From an uncultured Methanoregula sp. (GTDB lineage Archaea; Halobacteriota; Methanomicrobia; Methanomicrobiales; Methanospirillaceae): DNA of 64,000 nucleotides. Location: NCBI GenBank assembly GCA_964590415.1, contig CAZPVQ010000005.1, positions 26,334 through 90,333 on the forward strand, given 5' to 3'. Made by a program: the position numbers and the translations under genes. Shown one piece after another: positions 46,103-56,302 of this stretch. How positions within the stretch are numbered: position 1 is the first letter of the stretch; every line of letters begins with the position of its first letter. Below the pieces are notes generated by a model that had not been told where the DNA came from, did not search any database, and saw nothing but the letters and a program-made list of their open reading frames with translations.

Positions 46103-47140
46103 TTACTTTTTTGAATTTTTCTTTATTTTTGCTAAAGCCAGTTTCTCAATGGCTGCAATATCAATACCCTGCATGACAGCTAGTTTCCGGTTCTTTACCG
46201 CATTGTCAACAAACCCTTTACCGGTCAGCGTGCGGACAATAAGTGTTGTCGATCCAGGGGTGCTTCCTATCGCACCTGCAGAGATGTCAGAAAATAGTGC
46301 AGTCAGATCCGTACAGAAATGGCAGCCTTTACGGATGCAGGTATCCAGTTCTGCGAGGGGTACAATCGTGGTACTGCCATCATGCTTAAGGATCTCTAAT
46401 TTTCCTTTTACATCGAGTTTTATAATTTCATGGGGTTCGAGATTGTAGTGGTTTTTGAGTTTTCCCTCAACAAGAGCGGTGTAATCGAATGTTTCTGTAC
46501 AGAAGAGTCCGATTACAAGGCGAATTGCTTTCCCGTACGGTTTTAAAAGATCATTATCACTTTCACGCATTCGTGCTACTGCCTGGACCGCACAGGGAAC
46601 ACCGATAACTGCAATCCGTTTGTACTTGTGCTCAATTGCAGCATACTTAAGCGCAGCAAGGAGTGGCACCCACCAGCTATACCGGCTACCTGCCTGCTGA
46701 ACAAGCACCTCCGATTTCGTGATCACAACAGAGGAGGGTTTCAGGGTCCAGCGATCTTCGGTAACCGTCACAACTGCATCTATTAGTCCCTCATCAAGAG
46801 CATTGGCAAGAATTGACGTGACGGCTCCCCCACTTTGCTTGTGGGGGACTTCAAATGTCGCTTTTGCACTCATAAGTTCGAGATAATACCCGAGTGTTTC
46901 TGCTGGCTGGCTACAGATCCGGGGACATACTGCATAACATGCCCCGCAATTGACATTATCGCTTGCCTGTTTGCAGTACCCGTTACTTCTTGGGCTTATT
47001 GCCATTCCTCCTTCATCAAATGAGATGGCATCCGCTGGACAGACCGCCACACATGCACCGCATCCCGAGCATTTACCTGTGTCCCAGACCTCGTTTTTCA
47101 AATCAAGATAACTTTTTGCAGCCATTACCATCACTCCCAT
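46103..47140 (-). CDS. FrhB/FdhB-like coenzyme F420-binding subunit with 2x[4Fe-4S]
   Basis: CSGCGACVAVCP, CGACYAVCP, QSGGAVT, GVPCAV, GLFCTE, CHFCTDLTALFSDISAG; last gene of the glt operon. Confidence 0.9.
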   Translation of the reverse strand: MGVMVMAAKSYLDLKNEVWDTGKCSGCGACVAVCPADAISFDEGGMAISPRSNGYCKQASDNVNCGACYAVCPRICSQPAETLGYYLELMSAKATFEVPHKQSGGAVTSILANALDEGLIDAVVTVTEDRWTLKPSSVVITKSEVLVQQAGSRYSWWVPLLAALKYAAIEHKYKRIAVIGVPCAVQAVARMRESDNDLLKPYGKAIRLVIGLFCTETFDYTALVEGKLKNHYNLEPHEIIKLDVKGKLEILKHDGSTTIVPLAELDTCIRKGCHFCTDLTALFSDISAGAIGSTPGSTTLIVRTLTGKGFVDNAVKNRKLAVMQGIDIAAIEKLALAKIKKNSKK

Positions 47141-47877
47141 GTGTATTTATTCGCAAATGGTCGTGCGCTTGCAGGAGAAATCCTCGAATAATCAGAGGTC
47201 AGTAGTGGGGTCGGATCAATACCGAACGTTCGTGCAAAATCCTCAATAATTGGTTGGATCATTGTCTTCTGCGCTTCTGTCGCTGACATTTGTTGGGCAC
47301 CGACCCCGAGGTTATTCTTGTCGACAATACCCCGAACATATATTTCACCACCGTGGATCCCGCTTCCAATGCCACGTTCTGCAATTGCAGGAGTGCCGGT
47401 TAATCCGAGAACAATCAGCAGACCTCCTGCCATATACTCACCGAGAAATGCCCGTGCTGCTCCTCCGACAACAAGGATCGGGCGTTTATCTGTGTACTGC
47501 TTCATGTGGATACCCCCTCGGTACCCGATGTTATCCCTCACGTACACCCTGCCGCCACGCATGCTGTGAGCTACTGCATCACCGGCACTACCATGAATAA
47601 TGATCTTTCCCATATCCATGGTATTTCCCGGTGCATGGTCAGCATTCCCATGAACGATGATTGTCGGGCCGCTCATGAACATGGCGAGATCCCCGCCAGG
47701 AACTCCATTGACCGTGAGCGTAACTCCTTCACCCCGGATACCATCACCAATGAATCGCTGCCCGAGAACATTATCTATCACGATCTCTTTTGCCCCTGAA
47801 GTAATCGCCGCCCGGATTTGCTGGTTGAGGTGTGTGTAGTGGAGATATTTTGCATCAATCCTGACTGATGTCGTCAT
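47131..47877 (-). CDS. Glutamate synthase GXGXG domain subunit (GltB3)
   Basis: NVLGQRFIG, NGVPGGDL, repeated G.AGD..G..MRGG and FLGEYMAGG. Confidence 0.9.
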   Translation of the reverse strand: MTTSVRIDAKYLHYTHLNQQIRAAITSGAKEIVIDNVLGQRFIGDGIRGEGVTLTVNGVPGGDLAMFMSGPTIIVHGNADHAPGNTMDMGKIIIHGSAGDAVAHSMRGGRVYVRDNIGYRGGIHMKQYTDKRPILVVGGAARAFLGEYMAGGLLIVLGLTGTPAIAERGIGSGIHGGEIYVRGIVDKNNLGVGAQQMSATEAQKTMIQPIIEDFARTFGIDPTPLLTSDYSRISPASARPFANKYTWE

Positions 47878-49388
47878 TACGCCCCCACCGTTTTCACATC
47901 AAGAACGTTCAAGAGTCCTTCATCCAGCATATAACCCCGGAGCCTGTCACGATTGCCCCTCAGGCTCTCAATACTGTTGATACCCGCAGCACCCATCAGC
48001 TCAGCGAGTTCGAGAGTCCAGCCATGAATCAGGTTCTCGACCTGCACGGATTCAATATCGGGATCAAGCCTTTTGGTGAGTTCTGGTTTCTGGGTGGCGA
48101 TACCCCATGCGCACTGCCCCCGGTAGCAGGTGCCGCATACGCGGCAACCCATCGCAACTAGAGCAGAAGTACCAATATATACAGCATCTGCACCGAGACA
48201 GATGATCTTTGCCACATCGGCACTTTCGCGAATCCCGCCACTAGCAATAATGGAAACTTTGTTTCTGATTCCCTGCTGGCGAAGTTTAGCGTCCACGCTC
48301 GCAACTGCTGCTTCAATGGGAATCCCGACATGATCTCGAAACACCCGTGGAGCAGCACCGGTACCACCGCGAAATCCATCAATTACTACAGCATCTGCAG
48401 AAGAACGCGCGATTCCAGCTGCAATAGCAGCTGAGTTGTGTACTGCGGCGATCTTCACAAAGACAGGTTTCTCCCATTCGGTCGCTTCTTTTAACCCTCG
48501 TACGAGCTGCTTGAGATCTTCGATACTATAAATGTCGTGATGGGGTGCAGGGCTAATAGCATCGCTTCCTTCCGGGATCATACGTGTGCACGACACATCG
48601 GCACAGACTTTTTCACCGGGCAGGTGCCCGCCGATACCCGGCTTTGCACCCTGCCCGATCTTGATCTCAATCGCAGCACCACGTTCGAGATAATTGATAT
48701 CCACACCGAATCGCCCGCTTGCAACCTGGACAATCATATTTTTCTGGTACGGATATAGTGATTCGTGGAGTCCGCCTTCACCCGTCCCCATGAAAGTCCC
48801 AATACGGCTTACCGCTTTTGCAAGCGCGGTCTGGGCATTTAAGCTGATTGCACCGTAGCTCATGTGCCCGATCATGATCGGTGTCTCGATCTGAAGATTT
48901 GGGGAGAGTTTTGTCAAAAGCTCTACCTCACCATTTGCGACTTCTTTAATGGATAACGATGAGGGCTTTTTCCCAAGATACGTGCGAAGCTCCATGGGTT
49001 CACGAAGCGGGTCGATACTTGGATTTGTTACCTGGCAGGCATCCAGTACGAGGCGGTCAAAAATAATCGGGTAGGGAAGTGCATTACCCATACCCGCAAG
49101 GATAATCTTTCCGGTCTTCGCCTGGTTAAATATATTCTCACGAACCTCACGCGTCCATACAGGGTGACTCCGATAATCCGTGGGTTTCTCATAGATACTG
49201 ATAGCATCCCTCGGACAGAATGCAGTGCAGCGGTGGCAGGCAACACAATTTCGGGAGTTCACCCGGATTGCATCACCATCATTTCGGAACACGTCATAGG
49301 AGCAATTATCAACACAGCGCCCGCAGAGCATGCACTGATCCGGGTCGATATCAACTTTATAGCGAAGAGGGATGCTGCCTATTGTCAT
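47877..49388 (-). CDS. Glutamate synthase FMN-binding subunit (GltB2) with N-terminal ferredoxin
   Basis: CMLCGRCVDNC, CVACHRCTAFCP, MSYGAIS, TGEGG, QVASGRFG, KIGQGAKPGIGGHLPGEKV, SPAPHHDIYSIEDL, GCRVCGTCYRGQC. Confidence 0.95.
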   Translation of the reverse strand: MTIGSIPLRYKVDIDPDQCMLCGRCVDNCSYDVFRNDGDAIRVNSRNCVACHRCTAFCPRDAISIYEKPTDYRSHPVWTREVRENIFNQAKTGKIILAGMGNALPYPIIFDRLVLDACQVTNPSIDPLREPMELRTYLGKKPSSLSIKEVANGEVELLTKLSPNLQIETPIMIGHMSYGAISLNAQTALAKAVSRIGTFMGTGEGGLHESLYPYQKNMIVQVASGRFGVDINYLERGAAIEIKIGQGAKPGIGGHLPGEKVCADVSCTRMIPEGSDAISPAPHHDIYSIEDLKQLVRGLKEATEWEKPVFVKIAAVHNSAAIAAGIARSSADAVVIDGFRGGTGAAPRVFRDHVGIPIEAAVASVDAKLRQQGIRNKVSIIASGGIRESADVAKIICLGADAVYIGTSALVAMGCRVCGTCYRGQCAWGIATQKPELTKRLDPDIESVQVENLIHGWTLELAELMGAAGINSIESLRGNRDRLRGYMLDEGLLNVLDVKTVGA

Positions 49389-50437
49389 GCAATAATCCTC
49401 CCGATGACAGGTTCACCGGCTTTTGGCATTGAGATACTATCAACATCCGGTTCCATCCTCCGGATTGCTGCTTCCTCGCTTGAGATATATAGTCGGTCTC
49501 CATATTCTCCGGAAACAAGCGGGCGCAGCTTGATCCGGTCGGTAAAGCCAACCAGCGTGTTTTCGTTTGCTACACAGATTGCAAAAGGACCATTCATGAG
49601 GGCTGATCCGTATGCAAGACGAATTGCCCTGTTGAGTTCCTGCTCCTTTGCCGGCATCCGGTCAATTTCCTCCCAGAAAGGTGGTGCAAGCGCCCGCACC
49701 GCCATCTTTTCAGAGAGCCCGTGTTTTCGTATCAACAAGTCGACAAGATAAGCAACCACTTCAGTGTCGGTATACATCGTACATTTATACCCGTAGCTTT
49801 CAATGTAACGCCGGTTGGTACCATAGGAGGTTATCTCACCGTTATGGACTACACTCCAGTTCAGGAGGTTGAAAGGATGTGCGCCCCCCCACCAGCCAGG
49901 GGTGTTTGTCGGGTACCGGTTGTGGGCAAGCCAGAGATATCCTTTATAATCCTGAATCCGGTAGAAGTCTGCAACGTCCTCAGGCCAGCCTGCAGCTTTG
50001 AATACGCCAAGATTTTTACCAGAAGAGAAGATGAGAGCACCATTTTTTTCCGCGTTGACTTTCATGACCAGGTGGGTAACGATGTCTTCATCAGGTGTGG
50101 TACTTTTCGGCATCAGGCTCCGGTCCGGGCGGAAAAAATAACGCCATGGTGTATGAACCTTCCGTATATTGGGCTGCTCATACGTTTTGATCTGTTCATC
50201 ATGGACGATAGTTCCCCATTTCTCAAGGAAGGTGTCAAGTGATGCTTTGTTTTCACGGATATTATCAAAAAAAACATGCAGCGCGAAATAATCCTTATAT
50301 TCAGGATAGATACCGTACGCCACGTAGCCTGCGCCTTCACCACTCCCCCGTTCATTCATCATGGAGAGTGCTTCTTTTATTTTGGCACCATCCAGACTTT
50401 CACGGTGTTTGTCCAGAACTCCTATAATACCACACAT
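49385..50437 (-). CDS. Glutamate synthase Ntn amidotransferase subunit (GltB1)
   Basis: N-terminal MCGIIG, ERGSGEG, HNRYPTNT, AHPF, HNGEI, TDTE, DRIKLRP. Confidence 0.95.
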   Translation of the reverse strand: MCGIIGVLDKHRESLDGAKIKEALSMMNERGSGEGAGYVAYGIYPEYKDYFALHVFFDNIRENKASLDTFLEKWGTIVHDEQIKTYEQPNIRKVHTPWRYFFRPDRSLMPKSTTPDEDIVTHLVMKVNAEKNGALIFSSGKNLGVFKAAGWPEDVADFYRIQDYKGYLWLAHNRYPTNTPGWWGGAHPFNLLNWSVVHNGEITSYGTNRRYIESYGYKCTMYTDTEVVAYLVDLLIRKHGLSEKMAVRALAPPFWEEIDRMPAKEQELNRAIRLAYGSALMNGPFAICVANENTLVGFTDRIKLRPLVSGEYGDRLYISSEEAAIRRMEPDVDSISMPKAGEPVIGRIIA

Positions 50438-50467
50438 ATTATCACAATATAGAATGATGTTGTAATG

Positions 50468-50505
50468 ATGAACATATGTTCATTCCATAATGAACATTCG
50501 TTCAA
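50468..50505. promoter_or_regulatory. Tandem TGAAC-N4-GTTCA palindromes between the divergent glt operon and glnA
   Basis: ATGAACATATGTTCAT (50468-50483, perfect 16-bp palindrome) and ATGAACATTCGTTCAA (50490-50505), 22 bp apart. Confidence 0.6.
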
Positions 50506-50540
50506 TCAGATTGGTTGAATAAGTATAAATACAAATGGGT

Positions 50541-50554
50541 GGAACATGTCTTCC
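50541..50554. promoter_or_regulatory. NrpR-type operator at glnA
   Basis: GGAA-CATGTC-TTCC is a perfect GGAA-N6-TTCC just downstream of TATAAATA (50524-50531). Confidence 0.75.
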
Positions 50555-51883
50555 AATATGCCAGCAGACGTAACAAAACTTTTAAAGAAAATCGAGGCGG
50601 ACAAAATTAAATTTATCCGCCTTCAGTTTACTGACATCCAGGGTCAGCCGAAAAACGTCTCGATCCCGGTTATTCAGGCAGAGAAAGCATTGACCGAGGG
50701 TATCTGGTTCGATGGATCCTCCATCGAGGGATTTGCCCGGATTGAAGAGTCCGACATGATGCTGAAACCGGACCCGGCAACATACGCGGTTCTTCCCTGG
50801 AGACCTCAGGAAGGAAAGGTTGCACGATTTATTTGTGATGTTCAGACCTACGGCAATAAACCATTCGACGGGGATCCCCGGTTTATCCTGCGCAAAACCA
50901 TCACTGATGCAGCAAAGATGGGGTTTACCTTTAATACAGGACCTGAACTCGAATTTTTCCTGTTTAAAATGTACGATGGCATACCAACTACTGAGTTTGA
51001 GGACCACGGTGCCTACTTCGATCTTGCTCCCACAGACTCTGCCGAAGATGTTCGGCGTGATGTTGTGTTGGCACTGAGCGATATGGGATTTGAAATTGAA
51101 GCCTCTCACCACGAAGTCGCTGACAGCCAGCACGAGATTGACTTCAAATATGGCGATGCCCTTACCACTGCAGACCGTGTAATTACCTTCAAGTTTGCAA
51201 CCAAATCGATAGCTCTCCAGTACGGACTGCATGCGAGCTTTATGGCAAAGCCTATTGCCGGCATCAACGGCAGCGGTATGCATACGCATGGGTCACTGGC
51301 CAAGAATGGTAAGAATGCTTTCTTCGATCCCAATGGTGAGAATCAGCTCTCCGACACCGCAATGTATTACATTGGGGGTATCCTGAAGCACGCTAAAGCA
51401 ATCACCCGAGTAGCGAACCCGACAATCAACTCCTATAAGCGGCTTGTTCCCGGTTACGAAGCCCCCTGTTATATTTCCTGGAGTGCAGCGAACCGCTCAG
51501 CCCTGGTCCGCGTACCGGCAGCCCGTGGCAACAGCACCCGTGCTGAGTTCCGCAGCCCGGACCCGATGTGCAACCCGTATCTCACCTTTGCCTGCATGCT
51601 AGCAGCAGGACTTGACGGTATTAAAAACAAGGTTATGCCTCCTGAAAGTACAAACACGAACATCTATCATCTCGATGAGAGAGCACGCAAAAAACTCCAT
51701 ATTGATATGCTCCCCGGCAGCCTTATGGAGTCCAATGCGGCACTCCTGAAAGATGAGGTACTGTGCAAGACTCTAGGTGATCATGTGGTCACAAACCTTT
51801 CGAGCATTGCACAGATGGAATCCGATTCATTCCGTCTTGCAGTACACCCGTGGGAGCTGGATCGCTACCTGGCAACATATTAA
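50546..51883 (+). CDS. glnA: Glutamine synthetase type I
   Basis: FDGSSIEG, ESDMMLKPD, GPELEFF, HHEVA, GSGMH, NSYKRLVPGYEAP, NRSALVRVP, EFRSPDP..NPYL; start may be ATG 50558. Confidence 0.98.
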   Translation: MSSNMPADVTKLLKKIEADKIKFIRLQFTDIQGQPKNVSIPVIQAEKALTEGIWFDGSSIEGFARIEESDMMLKPDPATYAVLPWRPQEGKVARFICDVQTYGNKPFDGDPRFILRKTITDAAKMGFTFNTGPELEFFLFKMYDGIPTTEFEDHGAYFDLAPTDSAEDVRRDVVLALSDMGFEIEASHHEVADSQHEIDFKYGDALTTADRVITFKFATKSIALQYGLHASFMAKPIAGINGSGMHTHGSLAKNGKNAFFDPNGENQLSDTAMYYIGGILKHAKAITRVANPTINSYKRLVPGYEAPCYISWSAANRSALVRVPAARGNSTRAEFRSPDPMCNPYLTFACMLAAGLDGIKNKVMPPESTNTNIYHLDERARKKLHIDMLPGSLMESNAALLKDEVLCKTLGDHVVTNLSSIAQMESDSFRLAVHPWELDRYLATY

Positions 51884-51941
51884 TTTTTTCGACCGCCTCT
51901 CGCAAGGAAACTTCGGAAATTTCCCAATCCAGCCTGTTATC

Positions 51942-51959
51942 ACCGGACTTTTTATCCGG
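51942..51959 (+). repeat. 18-nt element copy 1 (amt1 leader)
   Basis: ACCGGACTTTTTATCCGG; 17/18 identical to 53891-53908. Confidence 0.7.
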
Positions 51960-52152
51960 GATTATGCATGGTAACGGGAATTGGATCAGAAAAAATTGGC
52001 TTTATTATCGTGACACCAAGCAGGTGCTTTCAAAGACATCATGAAAGCCCGACGCGTTTGCTTTCGGCGTGACATGGCAGGGTCAGCCAGATTCTCTGAA
52101 GCCCCTTTTCTGTAATCTGCATTTTCCTCAAACACTCTTACTAAGGTGGAAA

Positions 52153-53349
52153 ATGACATTCGATTCAGCAACAACAGTATGGCTTATGGTTTCTGCAGCG
52201 CTTGTGATGCTGATGATACCGGGAGTAGGTCTTTTCTATGCAGGACTTGTTCGCAGGAAGAATATCATCTCGATGATCGCGCTTTCTTTTGTCGTTCTCG
52301 CTGTCGTCAGTATTTTCTGGATGGTGATAGGGTATTCGCTCGCTTTTGGCCCGGATATTGGCGGAGTTATCGGAAACCTCGATTATGCCTTCCTCAACGG
52401 AGTCGGAACAGATACAGGAGCGAAGGGATATCCTCCGCTGGGATTCATGGTCTTCCAGCTCTTCTTTGCAGCAGTGACCTTAACCATCATAACATCTGGT
52501 GTGGCAGAACGCGTCAGGCTCTCTTCATTTATTGTGTTCATGCTCCTTTGGACAACATTTGTCTATTGCCCGATTGCCCATTGGGCATGGGGAGGTGGGT
52601 GGGCGCAATCGATGGGACTTCTGGATTTTGCCGGAGGTACTGTGGTTGAGATCTGTTCTGGGTTTTCCGCACTTGCTATTGCCCTTGTAATTAAAAGCCG
52701 GGCCGGCTTTGGAAAATATTCGATGGAGCCCTACAATATTCCCCTGGCTCTGATCGGGGCTGCACTGCTCTGGTTCGGCTGGTTCGGTTTTAATGCGGGC
52801 AGTGCGCTTGCGGTGAATGGAATGGCAGTTATTGCATTCGTAAATACCAATGCTGCTGCCGCTGCAGGCACGCTTGCATGGATGGGAGCCAGCTGGTATC
52901 ACGGAAAACCAAGCTCGCTGGGCATGGTGAGCGGGGCGATAGCCGGCATGGTTGCAATTACACCCGCAGCCGGATATGTTACGCCAATGGTTTCGGTACT
53001 GATTGGTATTGTTGCCGGCCTGATCTGCTATGGTGCAATGTTATTCCGGATAAGGAAAGAACTGGATGAGAGCCTTGACGCATGGGCAATCCATGGTATA
53101 GGTGGCCTCTGGGGGACAATAGCCACCGGCATATTCGCGGCAATGGCTGTCTGCGGAATCTCCGGTCTGGTTGAAGGTAACACGCAGCAGTTTATGATAA
53201 ATGGAATTTCCGCACTGGCAGCGCTTGTCTTTTCCTTTGTTATCACCTATATTATCGCTAGTATGATTGACCGTACAATGGGACTGCGGGTATCATCGGA
53301 TGAAGAGTACGTGGGGATGGACATATCGCAGCATGGCGAGCGGGTCTGA
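52153..53349 (+). CDS. amt: Ammonium transporter, Glu-His pore variant
   Basis: [27 protein letters not shown] (Glu at the first twin-His position), [16 protein letters not shown]; start MTFDSA after an AAGGTG SD. Confidence 0.95.
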   Translation: MTFDSATTVWLMVSAALVMLMIPGVGLFYAGLVRRKNIISMIALSFVVLAVVSIFWMVIGYSLAFGPDIGGVIGNLDYAFLNGVGTDTGAKGYPPLGFMVFQLFFAAVTLTIITSGVAERVRLSSFIVFMLLWTTFVYCPIAHWAWGGGWAQSMGLLDFAGGTVVEICSGFSALAIALVIKSRAGFGKYSMEPYNIPLALIGAALLWFGWFGFNAGSALAVNGMAVIAFVNTNAAAAAGTLAWMGASWYHGKPSSLGMVSGAIAGMVAITPAAGYVTPMVSVLIGIVAGLICYGAMLFRIRKELDESLDAWAIHGIGGLWGTIATGIFAAMAVCGISGLVEGNTQQFMINGISALAALVFSFVITYIIASMIDRTMGLRVSSDEEYVGMDISQHGERV

Positions 53350-53359
53350 GGTCATCATC

Positions 53360-53689
53360 ATGAAAATGGTAAAAGCTATTATCAAACCGGAACGGTTTGA
53401 ACTCGTAAAAAAAGCACTAGAAGAAAAAGGGGTGACTGCCATGACTGCCACAGAAGTCCAGGGACGGGGAGAGCAGAAAGGAATTACACTCGAATATCGG
53501 GGAAAGCAGATGATCGTGGATATGCTTCCTAAGATTCAGATCGAGATCATCGTTCGGGACAAGGAGGTGGACGAACTTATCGCAACCATTATCGGTGCTG
53601 CAAGGACCGGCAGGATCGGCGATGGTAAGATCTTTGTCCTGCCGGTCGATGCCGCTATCAGGGTCAGGACCGGTGAAATGGAACGCTGA
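53360..53689 (+). CDS. glnK: P-II nitrogen regulator GlnK
   Basis: [38 protein letters not shown]. Confidence 0.96.
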   Translation: MKMVKAIIKPERFELVKKALEEKGVTAMTATEVQGRGEQKGITLEYRGKQMIVDMLPKIQIEIIVRDKEVDELIATIIGAARTGRIGDGKIFVLPVDAAIRVRTGEMER

Positions 53690-53818
53690 CAGGCTGCCCG
53701 TTTTTTTTTCAAACCGTCCATCAATGCGCGCCGACTTTTTCTCTTTTCCCTTTGCTTCGGATTTGTTTTGTATTCTGACGGCAGATTATTTTTGATAATA
53801 GATATATTTATTAACATA

Positions 53819-53832
53819 GGAATGAAACTTCC
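53819..53832. promoter_or_regulatory. NrpR-type operator at the amt2-glnK2 promoter
   Basis: GGAA-TGAAAC-TTCC is a perfect GGAA-N6-TTCC directly downstream of AT-rich TATATTTATTAA (53803-53814). Confidence 0.8.
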
Positions 53833-53890
53833 TTCCTGCGAGAGTTTCGCATGTTGTTTGGCTGCAGCAGACATATTATTGAAGATAACT

Positions 53891-53908
53891 ACCGGACTTT
53901 TCATCCGG
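53891..53908 (+). repeat. 18-nt element copy 2 (amt2 leader)
   Basis: ACCGGACTTTTCATCCGG; CCGGA-N7-TCCGG inverted repeat. Confidence 0.7.
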
Positions 53909-53985
53909 CAGGTATCTGAAAAGAACAGGAACGTTCATGTGATTCCCTGCAAGCAGATCACATTGAGTCAAAGGTGAACAAAAAA

Positions 53986-55188
53986 ATGGCAATAGACACA
54001 GGAACAACAGCATGGATTCTCGCCGCAACCGCGCTTGTCATGATTATGACTCCCGGCGTTGGTTTTTTCTATGGCGGTTTGGTACGGAGGAAAAATTTAA
54101 TCTCAATGCTCGCCCTGTCATTCGTTGCTTTTGCATTGGTGAGTATCCAGTGGGTACTGGTCGGGTACTCACTTGCATTCGGTAGCGATATCGGCGGGTT
54201 TATCGGAAGCCTTGAGTATATGGGACTGAACAACGTCGGAATGGAGCCTGGCCCATACAGCGCGGCAATTCCCGGACTATTGTTTATGGTATTCCAGCTC
54301 GTTTTTGCTGCGGTAACCGTGGCAATTATAACATCAGGCTTTGCAGAGCGCATTAAATTCAGTGCTTTTCTGATATTCGGACTTCTCTGGACGACCATTG
54401 TCTATGATCCGCTTGCCCACTGGGTCTGGGGTGGCGGTTGGGCTGCGCAGTTTGGTGCACTGGACTTTGCCGGGGGAACCGTTGTACATATCAGTTCAGG
54501 GTTTGCAGCTCTAGCCCTTGCACTCGTCATCGGAAAACGTGTCGGTTTTGGCAAGTATGCGATGGAACCAAACAACATCCCCCTCACCATCCTTGGTGCC
54601 GCACTTCTCTGGTTCGGCTGGTTTGGGTTTAACGCCGGCAGCGCACTCGGGGCAAACGGTCTTGCAGCTCAGGCTTTTGTCACCACCAATATTGCCGCGG
54701 CTGCTGGAGCACTATCCTGGCTTCTCATTAGCTGGCTTCACGGAAAACCAAGTTCTCTCGGGTTTGTCAGCGGTGCAATCGCCGGCCTTGTTGCAATCAC
54801 GCCCGGATGCGGGTATGTGACGCCTATGGGAGCCCTGCTGATTGGCGCAATTGGCGGAGCCATCTGTTATGGCATGCTTCTCTTCCGTATCAGGAAAGGT
54901 CTGGATGAGAGCCTGGATGCATGGGCAATTCATGGTATGGGAGGGCTCTGGGGAGCCCTTGCGACAGGGATCTTTGCTGTTGCAGCGGTAAATGGCGCAT
55001 CAGGACTGATTGAGGGGAATGTCAACCAGTTTGTTGCAAATGCAGTTGGTGCATTCGCCGCTCTTATCTATGCGTTTGTAGTAACATATGTCCTTGCAGT
55101 GATCATTGACAAAACAATCGGCCTGCGGGTCACGGAAGAAGAAGAGTATGTCGGTCTTGATATCTCCCAGCATGGAGAACGGTGCTAA
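53986..55188 (+). CDS. amt: Ammonium transporter, canonical twin-His
   Basis: [13 protein letters not shown] and WAIHG; [17 protein letters not shown]; start MAIDTG after an AAGGTGA SD. Confidence 0.97.
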   Translation: MAIDTGTTAWILAATALVMIMTPGVGFFYGGLVRRKNLISMLALSFVAFALVSIQWVLVGYSLAFGSDIGGFIGSLEYMGLNNVGMEPGPYSAAIPGLLFMVFQLVFAAVTVAIITSGFAERIKFSAFLIFGLLWTTIVYDPLAHWVWGGGWAAQFGALDFAGGTVVHISSGFAALALALVIGKRVGFGKYAMEPNNIPLTILGAALLWFGWFGFNAGSALGANGLAAQAFVTTNIAAAAGALSWLLISWLHGKPSSLGFVSGAIAGLVAITPGCGYVTPMGALLIGAIGGAICYGMLLFRIRKGLDESLDAWAIHGMGGLWGALATGIFAVAAVNGASGLIEGNVNQFVANAVGAFAALIYAFVVTYVLAVIIDKTIGLRVTEEEEYVGLDISQHGERC

Positions 55189-55533
<345 letters not shown>

Positions 55534-55691
55534 AAATTGCCGGACACCCGACAATTTTAATCTGTTTTTTTATTATTTTTTAACTGTTTTGCTGGAGATT
55601 ATCCGGGTAGATAATTCAGAGAATGACAGTTCAAACACTCAAAATAACCTCTATGACGCACCAAATAATTTATTTTTTCAGATAAAAAAAA

Positions 55692-56048
55692 TTAAATATC
55701 GTATAAAATGCGCAGCTTTTGCTCAATATGTGGTGAAACAGGGTGAAGTCCTGGCAGGGTGAACGTCCCGATATCATCTTTCACTGACTCGTCAATATCC
55801 TCATCACTGATACCATGTTTATGGTGATCCACCAGTTCATGGAAAAATACTTTACCGCCCCCATGAACTATCCTGCACAGGTGGCTGCGTTTATCACCAG
55901 CTCTGATATAAAAGTATGAAGAGCCGATTAAAGATTTGCGATAGTCCTGCAATTGTTCCAGGATTATCTCGTATTCGGGTTCCGATGCATCCGGCATAAT
56001 ATAGTGTGGCAGCGGAGCCATGCCGGTTGTGTTCTTTGCTTTTGACAT
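55692..56048 (-). CDS. Hypothetical protein
   Basis: 118-aa ORF with protein-like composition in an otherwise empty slot; no family recognised. Confidence 0.6.
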   Translation of the reverse strand: MSKAKNTTGMAPLPHYIMPDASEPEYEIILEQLQDYRKSLIGSSYFYIRAGDKRSHLCRIVHGGGKVFFHELVDHHKHGISDEDIDESVKDDIGTFTLPGLHPVSPHIEQKLRILYDI

Positions 56049-56302
56049 TTCTCAAAGACCCCCTCGTTTTTTTCCTCCCTCGCTATGTACTTGTTTTCAC
56101 ACAGCTAAGGTACGAAGGCAATATCTTTCCTATGTATTTATAATTATCCATAACAGGGAGAGAGAGAGTGAGAGAGAGAAAAGCAGATTGTTATTTACAA
56201 TAGTGACTGAAAACCTATACTGCAATTATGATCCCGTGGCTCTCAGCAAATTTCAAACATTTTAAACCCAACGCAGCCATTGCCCTTAACGCCACGAGGC
56301 AT

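Noticed and set aside
56156-56180. (GA)n purine tract in a divergent promoter region
   Set aside because: Short, interrupted simple repeat with no functional evidence.
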